Assembly: GCF_041028325.1 (NCBI RefSeq)
Contig: NZ_JABGDE010000013.1
Coordinates: 118,980 to 182,979, forward strand
Direction: 5' to 3'
Origin: Modestobacter sp. I12A-02662
GTDB taxonomy: Bacteria > Actinomycetota > Actinomycetes > Mycobacteriales > Geodermatophilaceae
Length of the DNA: 64,000 nucleotides
Shown: positions 58,565-64,000 of the stretch, piece after piece
Layout of the letters: every line of letters starts with the position of its first letter
How positions within the stretch are numbered: the stretch's first letter is position 1
Program-made: the position numbers and the translations under genes
Notes under the pieces: generated by a model
Told to the model about the DNA's origin: nothing
The model's database searches: none
The model's input: only the letters and a program-made list of their open reading frames with translations

Positions 58565-58591
58565 GGTTTGATCGCACCACCCGCTGGGCAC
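58565..58591 (+). promoter_or_regulatory. candidate SigF/SigB-type promoter upstream of the rsbW-sigma operon
   Basis: GGTTT-N16-GGGCAC versus mycobacterial SigF consensus GGTTT-N15-17-GGGTAT; about 170 bp before the rsbW-like ATG. Confidence 0.35.
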
Positions 58592-58761
58592 GACTGACAC
58601 TCGGTCGGTCTACCGTCGGGAGGTGCCGGGTCCTTCCCGGGCACCAGCCCACGAGAGCGACCGCGTCGCTCGCGCTCCGCGCCGGAGCCGCGGGCGGGTG
58701 CGCTGACCGACGCCGCGCTCCCGTCCGGGGGCGCGGGGGACGACGAAGGAGCAGACGACGC

Positions 58762-59274
58762 ATGGTCGACACGACGGGCGCCGGCCCCACGGGTGAGCGG
58801 CGGTCCGAGCGGCTGGAGCTGCGGGTGCCCACGTCTCGCACGCAGCTGCCCGCCGTGCGCGCGATGGCCGGTGACCTCGCCATGCGCATGGACTTCGACC
58901 TGGACGCCGTCGAGGACCTGCGCCTGGCCGTGGACGAGGCGTGCGCCACGCTCGCCGCGGTCGCGCTCGGGGGCAGCCCGCTGACGGTCGTCTACGAGGT
59001 CAGCCGCGAGGGCCTGCGCATCGACGCCTGGGTGCCCACCGACCAGGGCGTGGACGTGCCCCGGGACGGCTTCGGGTGGACGGTCCTGCACACCCTGGTA
59101 GACACCGTGGAGGCGGGACCGAGCAGCCAGGCGACGGTCCCGGCCGGCGACGGCAGCTCCTCCCCCGTCGCCCGCATCGCCCTGGTCAAGCAGCTGCGCC
59201 GTTGGACCTCCGGCCCCGTCGTCGACGTGCTGGCCGAGGACTCCGGGCACGACGGCATCTCGGTCGCACGGTGA
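58762..59274 (+). CDS. anti-sigma factor (RsbW/SpoIIAB-like serine kinase, HATPase_c fold)
   Basis: 170 aa; ..LAVDEACATLAAVALGG..L.V.YEV......I..WV.TDQ.. pattern; GAAGGAG RBS; immediately upstream of and overlapping the sigma gene. Confidence 0.7.
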   Translation: MVDTTGAGPTGERRSERLELRVPTSRTQLPAVRAMAGDLAMRMDFDLDAVEDLRLAVDEACATLAAVALGGSPLTVVYEVSREGLRIDAWVPTDQGVDVPRDGFGWTVLHTLVDTVEAGPSSQATVPAGDGSSSPVARIALVKQLRRWTSGPVVDVLAEDSGHDGISVAR

Positions 59275-60329
59275 CCCGGTCGGCTGCCACCGACCAGCCG
59301 GCCAGCGGCGACACCGACGTGCTCGGCCCGGCTCCCGCCGCACGGCCCCGGCCGCCGGCGGACGACGCGACCCCGCTCGTCGAGGAGCCCGGCGAGCAGG
59401 ACGCCACGGACGACGCCGATGCCGACGAGCACACCGACGAGCACACCGACGAGCACAGCGGGGAGACCGCCGGGATGACGACGGACCCCGCGGACCCAGC
59501 GGACCCGGCGGAGGTGGTGCAGCCGGCGGCGCCCACCACGGACGGCGTGGACACCCCACCGGTCTCGGAGAACCGCAGTCGCGCCGAGCGCACGGCCCCG
59601 CTGTTCGCCGAGCTCGCCACGCTGGAGAAGGACGACCCGCGCCGCGAACGGCTGCGCGAGATCCTGGTCGAGGAGCACCTGCCCCTCGTCCGGCACTTCG
59701 CCCGCCGGTTCAGCAACCGGGGCGAGCCGTTCGACGACCTGCTGCAGGTCGGCACGCTCGGCCTGATCGCCGCGATCGACCGGTTCGACCCGTCCCGCGG
59801 CGTGGAGTTCCTCTCCTTCGCCGTGCCCACCATCACCGGGGAGATCAAGCGGCACTTCCGCGACCAGGGCTGGTCGGTGCGCGTGCCCAGGCGGCTGCAG
59901 GAGCTGCACCTGTCGCTCAACGCCGCGGTCAGCGAGCTGTCGCAGAAGAACGGTCACGCCCCGACGCCCTCGGAGCTCGCCGAGCACCTGGGCATCCCGC
60001 GCGCGGAGGTGCTCGAGGGGCTCGCGGTGGCCAACGCCTACCGCAGCAGCTCACTGGACGAACGGCTGTCCGGCGAGGAGGACTCCCCCACCCTGGCGGC
60101 GACGCTGGGCGAGGAGGACGCCGCGCTGGAGGGCGTGGAGTACCGGGAGTCGCTCCAGCCGCTGCTGGCCACCATCCCGGCCCGCGAGCGCCGCATACTC
60201 ATCCTGCGGTTCTTCGGCAACATGACCCAGTCGCAGATCGCCGCGGACATCGGCATCTCGCAGATGCACGTGTCCCGGCTGCTGTCCCAGACGCTGGCCA
60301 AGCTCCGCGAGGGCCTGCTCAAGGATTAA
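59271..60329 (+). CDS. RNA polymerase sigma factor, SigB/SigF/SigG (group 3) subfamily, with acidic N-terminal extension
   Basis: region 2 (FDDLLQVGTLGLIAAIDRFDPSRGVEFLSFAVPTITGEIKRHFRD), region 4 HTH (TQSQIAADIGISQMHVSRLL); GTG 59271 overlaps the anti-sigma stop (GTGA); an internal ATG near 59476 is an alternative start. Confidence 0.85.
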   Translation: MTRSAATDQPASGDTDVLGPAPAARPRPPADDATPLVEEPGEQDATDDADADEHTDEHTDEHSGETAGMTTDPADPADPAEVVQPAAPTTDGVDTPPVSENRSRAERTAPLFAELATLEKDDPRRERLREILVEEHLPLVRHFARRFSNRGEPFDDLLQVGTLGLIAAIDRFDPSRGVEFLSFAVPTITGEIKRHFRDQGWSVRVPRRLQELHLSLNAAVSELSQKNGHAPTPSELAEHLGIPRAEVLEGLAVANAYRSSSLDERLSGEEDSPTLAATLGEEDAALEGVEYRESLQPLLATIPARERRILILRFFGNMTQSQIAADIGISQMHVSRLLSQTLAKLREGLLKD

Positions 60330-60388
60330 GGACCTCCCTTCCCCCACCCTTCGCGAGCTCAGGGTGGGTCCCTGAAGGGAGGCCGGCC

Positions 60389-60421
60389 GACGGCCCAGGA
60401 CTCATCGGGTCCTGGGCCGTC
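60389..60421. terminator. perfect 13-bp stem, 7-nt loop hairpin at the sigma/SPFH convergent junction
   Basis: gacggcccaggac-tcatcgg-gtcctgggccgtc; a second, imperfect about 55-nt hairpin lies at 60332..60386. Confidence 0.55.
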
Positions 60422-60427
60422 GTCGTC

Positions 60428-61627
60428 CTACTGCTGGTCCGGGGCTCCCCGCTCGATCTGCGGGGTGCTGCGGACCTCGTCGGTCGCCTGGGACAGCGAC
60501 GGCGGGGTGGGCATCGGTGCCGACGGGACGCCCGGCTCGACGCCGATGCTGGACAGCGAGATCTTGGCCTCGGGCTGCTCGGCGGCCGGCGGCAGGTTCG
60601 AGTCGAACCAGCCGGTGGTGTCCAGGGGCTGGGCCGGCGCTGCGCCGTTGCCGCCGTCGCCGGGGCCGACGTCCAGCCACGACCGGCTCTCGCCCTCCGC
60701 GCCACCCAGCCGGGACAGCCCCTCCAGCGCCTTGCTGAACTCGCTGGGGACGATCCACATCTTGTTGGCGTCGCCCTGCGCGATCTGCGGCAGCGTCTGC
60801 AGGTACTGGTAGGCCAGCAGCCCCTGGTCGGGCTTGCCGTCGTGGATCGCGCGGAAGACCGTCTCGATCGACTTCGCCTGGCCCTGCGCCTGCAGGAACA
60901 GCGCCGCCCGCTCACCCTCCGCGCGCAGGATCCGGCTCTGCCGCTCGGCCTCGGCCTCCAGGATGGCCGCCTGCTTCTTGCCCTCCGCGGAGAGGATCGC
61001 CGAGGCCTTCTGGCCCTCGGCGGTGGTGATCGCCGACTGCCGCTGGCCCTCGGCGGTGAGGATGACGGCGCGCTTGTCCCGGTCGGCGCGCATCTGCTTC
61101 TCCATCGAGTCCTGGATGGACGGCGGCGGGTCGATCGCCTTGATCTCCACGCGGGCCACCCGCAGGCCCCACGGGCCGGTGGTGCCGTCCAGCACCTCCC
61201 GCAGCTGCGAGTTGATGCCGTCGCGGCCGGTCAGCGCGCCCTCGAGGTTCAGCCCACCCACGACGTTGCGCAGCGTCGTGGTGGTCAGCTGCTCCATGCC
61301 GGTGATGTAGTTGGCGATCCCGTACACCGCCAGCCGCGGGTCGGTGACCTGGAAGTACACGACCGTGTCGATGCCCACCTGCAGGTTGTCGGCGGTGATC
61401 ACCGGCTGCGGCGGGAAGGAGACGACCTGCTCGCGCAGGTCGATGGTGGCCCGGACCCGGTCGACGAACGGCACCAGCAGCGCCAGGCCCGGCGAGAGGG
61501 TGCGGCTGTACCGGCCCAGCCGCTCGACGACCTTCGCCTGCGCCTGCGGGACGATGGTGACGCTCTTCGCCAGGACGACGATCACGAGCAACGCGATCAC
61601 GATCAGGGCGATCACTGCGGGTTCCAC
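60428..61627 (-). CDS. SPFH/Band-7 domain protein (stomatin/prohibitin/HflKC family)
   Basis: N-terminal TM, SPFH core (VVYFQVTDPRLAVYG.., ..LRNVVGGLNLEGAL.), coiled-coil, long Pro/Ala-rich C-terminal tail. Confidence 0.85.
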   Translation of the reverse strand: MEPAVIALIVIALLVIVVLAKSVTIVPQAQAKVVERLGRYSRTLSPGLALLVPFVDRVRATIDLREQVVSFPPQPVITADNLQVGIDTVVYFQVTDPRLAVYGIANYITGMEQLTTTTLRNVVGGLNLEGALTGRDGINSQLREVLDGTTGPWGLRVARVEIKAIDPPPSIQDSMEKQMRADRDKRAVILTAEGQRQSAITTAEGQKASAILSAEGKKQAAILEAEAERQSRILRAEGERAALFLQAQGQAKSIETVFRAIHDGKPDQGLLAYQYLQTLPQIAQGDANKMWIVPSEFSKALEGLSRLGGAEGESRSWLDVGPGDGGNGAAPAQPLDTTGWFDSNLPPAAEQPEAKISLSSIGVEPGVPSAPMPTPPSLSQATDEVRSTPQIERGAPDQQ

Positions 61628-61876
61628 GGGGCTGCGCTCCGTTCATCGGTGGTGCGGGACCCCTGATCTTGCTCCCCACTGGGGCGGCAGTCACCCGTCG
61701 GCGACACCACGTCACCCGATCGCAACGGCAGAACGAGGTCATTCGGCCGGCAGGGACGGTGGATGCCGGCTCCTGCTGCGCAGCGATCCCGTCCGTGGAG
61801 GCGGCTTCACGGACACTTCGTGGTGAGCCGTTGCGGAGTTCCATGTCGGGTTGTGCCTGCGGGGAAGGGCGACCGG

Positions 61877-62428
61877 TCAGCGCTGTCTGTGTGGCCGTCT
61901 CAACGCGCTCAGGACCGTCTCGGTCACGAGTCGTTCGACCTCTCGTGCGGCGAGTTGCCCGAGCCGGACGCCGTCGGCACCGCCGGCGAGCAACCACGTC
62001 ACCATGATGACGACCCACTCCGCACTGAGGTCGACGCAGAACACGCCATCCTCCTGGCCGCGGCGGACCAGTGCGCGCAGTCGTTCGTCGCTGTCGCGCA
62101 CCAGAGTGAGGAGTTCCTTCTCCACCAGTTCGTCCAGCGGCTGGGACGTCAGCAGCCCGAAGCGGACTCCCAGCGGGGCGAGCGCGGCGAGGAGCCGACG
62201 CAGGGCGTCATCCGGCGGACCTTCCTCGAGCCGGGCGGCGTCGGTGGCGGCGACGTAGGCCTCGGCGGCCGCGCGCGCCACCGCTGACACCAGCACCCGC
62301 CGGTTCGGATACCGCCGGAACAGGGTGGCCCGGCTGATGCCCGCGGCTGCGGCGATCTCCTCCATGGACGCGGCCGGCGCCGCCGACAGGACCTCGGCCG
62401 CGCGAGACAGGAGCAAATCCTCGGGCAC
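61877..62428 (-). CDS. TetR-family transcriptional regulator
   Basis: N-terminal HTH (ASMEEIAAAAGISRATLFRRYPNR); GTG start. Confidence 0.8.
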   Translation of the reverse strand: MPEDLLLSRAAEVLSAAPAASMEEIAAAAGISRATLFRRYPNRRVLVSAVARAAAEAYVAATDAARLEEGPPDDALRRLLAALAPLGVRFGLLTSQPLDELVEKELLTLVRDSDERLRALVRRGQEDGVFCVDLSAEWVVIMVTWLLAGGADGVRLGQLAAREVERLVTETVLSALRRPHRQR

Positions 62429-62444
62429 GTCAGCATCCTATCGG

Positions 62445-62486
62445 TCTGAGACGTAATCGTCTCAGATGAGAAACAATCATCTCATG
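62445..62486. promoter_or_regulatory. two adjacent inverted repeats in the TetR/membrane-protein divergent intergenic region; candidate TetR operator(s)
   Basis: TCTGAGACG-TAAT-CGTCTCAGA (perfect 9-4-9) overlapping GATGAGA-aacaatc-ATCTCAT (imperfect); AT-richer island. Confidence 0.55.
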
Positions 62487-62496
62487 ACTTCGCGGA

Positions 62497-63063
62497 TTGC
62501 GCGCTGACTCCAGCCCTGCTCGTCGGCATCGCCGGGTTGGCGGCACTCGACTCCTCGCCATCGGGGTCGCCGTGTACGCCGGCGCGGACCTGGCCGCCGA
62601 TGTGGTCACCGGCGGACTGGTGTGGGTGCGCCGAGGCGCTCTCGGCTTGGCCGCGCTATCCCTGCTGATCGCGGCCGCCCGTCGACTTCGCCCGCAGCAC
62701 CGGTCGGCGGTCGTCCTGCCCCGCTGGTTCGGCCCGTGGACCGCTGCCCCCGTCGGGGTGCTCGTCACAGCGGCTGACCTCCCCAACGCCTTCCCGTACC
62801 TGATCGCCATCGAGCGCCTGGTCACCGTCGACGTGCCCCTGGCAACGGGCCTGTGGGTACTGGTCGGCTACGCCGTCGTGTACTGCCTGCCCTGCCTGAT
62901 GCTGCTCGCCGTCGGCATGCTCCACGGCGAGCGGATGCGCCGCGGACTCCAACGGGTCTACGACCGCATCGGCCAGGCGCGCACGGTGCCTCGCAGCATC
63001 CCGGCCGCCCTCGGCCTGGTGCTACTCGCAGCCGCCGTGGCTGCCATCGCAGCACGGGTGTGA
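62497..63063 (+). CDS. small integral membrane protein (possibly GAP/Sap-family)
   Basis: 188 aa, about 6 TM segments, divergent from the TetR gene; family assignment tentative. Confidence 0.5.
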   Translation: MRADSSPARRHRRVGGTRLLAIGVAVYAGADLAADVVTGGLVWVRRGALGLAALSLLIAAARRLRPQHRSAVVLPRWFGPWTAAPVGVLVTAADLPNAFPYLIAIERLVTVDVPLATGLWVLVGYAVVYCLPCLMLLAVGMLHGERMRRGLQRVYDRIGQARTVPRSIPAALGLVLLAAAVAAIAARV

Positions 63064-63350
63064 ACGCGCTCTGCCCTTGGTCAGCCCTCCCGACGGGAGG
63101 CCCTGGGATGGTGGTCTCGGAAGCTCCGGGCGCCCACAGGCACATGGCGTGATGTCTCCCTCAGTGGCCCCTCAAGGACAGCAGGCGGGCTCAGGGGACA
63201 GATCGCTCTGTCGTGGATCGAGGGCCTCCATCGAACCCCGTCCGGACAGCACCGGTCCGAGTTCGGTGCCCAGTCCCGCCATGGTGGAGGGCGCCGAGCA
63301 CTGACCCCAGCGCAGCTTCCCGGCCGTGCGCCAGCGGCGCAGCACCTCGA

Positions 63351-63917
63351 TCACGTGCCGTCCAAGGCGTTGCCCACCACCCGGACGCCCGCCCCGGCGA
63401 CGATCGCGCCGGCATCCACGTCTCGGGTCACGACGGCGCCGTACCCGATGACCGCCGCGTCCCCCACGGTGACGCCCTTGAGTATCGCCGCCCTTTCCGC
63501 CAGCCACACGTCGTCGCCCAGACGCACCGGCCGGGTCGGCGAGGAGGTGTGCCGCTCGCTGGGCGCTGTGCCGTGGAAGTCGGTGTCGAAGATGGCGCCG
63601 GCGCCAAGCGTGGCCCGGGCGCCGATGACCACGGACTCCCGGGCTGCTATGCGGATGCCGTTGAGGTAGGAGTCGGGGCCGATCTCGATGACGGCGTCGC
63701 GGGCAAGCGTGTTCAGCCGGTTCGGCTGCGCGCTCTTGCTCTCGAGGTTGCAGCCCGCACCGATCAGCACTCGCCCGGGACCCCCCACTATCAGCCGACC
63801 GGCGATCGTCACGCCGGGCCCCAACTGGACGCGGGGATGGAGCCGTCGGAAAAGTGCGATCCGTAGTGCGCGACGCAGCCTTCCGATCATGGCGGTGAGC
63901 CTGCCAGAACCCAGCAC
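63351..63917 (-). CDS. hexapeptide-repeat (left-handed beta-helix) acyl/acetyltransferase
   Basis: repeated [LIV]-G-x-x-x-x hexapeptides (..IGARATLGAGAIF.., ..GDDVWLAERAAILKGVTVGDAAVIGYGAVV..). Confidence 0.6.
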   Translation of the reverse strand: MLGSGRLTAMIGRLRRALRIALFRRLHPRVQLGPGVTIAGRLIVGGPGRVLIGAGCNLESKSAQPNRLNTLARDAVIEIGPDSYLNGIRIAARESVVIGARATLGAGAIFDTDFHGTAPSERHTSSPTRPVRLGDDVWLAERAAILKGVTVGDAAVIGYGAVVTRDVDAGAIVAGAGVRVVGNALDGT

Positions 63918-64000
63918 GCGCCACTGCCCCTGACACGAGAATCAGGGTTCCGAGGCAGGCGTCAGTTCCACGGCTGAGCCGCGGTGAGTGAGGGCGTCGG

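Noticed and set aside
63210-63250. tRNA-like T-arm resemblance (revcomp GGGGTTCGATGG)
   Set aside because: No acceptor, D or anticodon stems can be built around it; it is an isolated chance match in an intergenic stretch.
1-64000. CRISPR arrays, transposases, integrases, prophage genes, rRNA/tRNA
   Set aside because: None found. No regularly spaced direct repeats, no DDE/serine/tyrosine recombinase motifs and no cloverleaf-capable sequences in the intergenic gaps that were inspected.

Overview
This window is a very high-GC (about 72-73%) actinobacterial chromosomal segment. Codon usage and protein types resemble Geodermatophilaceae/Frankiales. Genes were called from the six-frame track using GC3 skew, RBS inspection and recognisable protein motifs. 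Start codons were re-picked, and many are GTG. About 64 protein-coding genes are supported, with no rRNA, tRNA, CRISPR or transposase/integrase found.

In order along the window:
- An amino-acid catabolic island: DadA-like FAD oxidoreductase, APC permease, cNMP/CBS/DUF294 nucleotidyltransferase, alanine dehydrogenase, class-III aminotransferase, GntR. Inside it is a roughly 1.5 kb gene graveyard of opposed SDR fragments and an HNH nuclease remnant.
- A stress block: YceI, an SLT-like secreted protein with a tandem Ala/Glu repeat, a methyltransferase, Usp, a cupin and PoxB.
- A cluster syntenic with Bacillus subtilis ycsFGI-kipIA: a DUF1445 hydro-lyase with a PrmC-like methyltransferase on one strand, divergent from NRAMP-like ycsG and pxpA-pxpB-pxpC. 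A frameshifted LAL/LuxR regulator follows, then an alpha/beta-hydrolase + CPBP protease + spermidine-synthase-like operon.
- An RND + GH13 + MFS operon under a divergent MarR with a perfect operator palindrome.
- An accessory patch containing an HTH_XRE-MurA fusion, a DUF559 endonuclease-like gene bracketed by two identical 22-bp perfect palindromes, and an HTH/membrane gene pair.
- A redox/NO block: PPOX, an AI-2E transporter, PAC2, flavohemoglobin hmp, and a fur-family regulator upstream of a catalase.
- purU, then an NHEJ locus: Ku with a Lys-rich tail and a split LigD (PE-ligase and polymerase genes overlapping by GTGA).
- A SigB/F-type partner-switching cluster (STAS antagonist, RsbW-like anti-sigma, sigma factor) interrupted by a type IB topoisomerase, followed by an SPFH protein, TetR and a membrane protein.

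GC-rich hairpins mark the convergent gene junctions, and the few AT-richer islands coincide with regulator operators.
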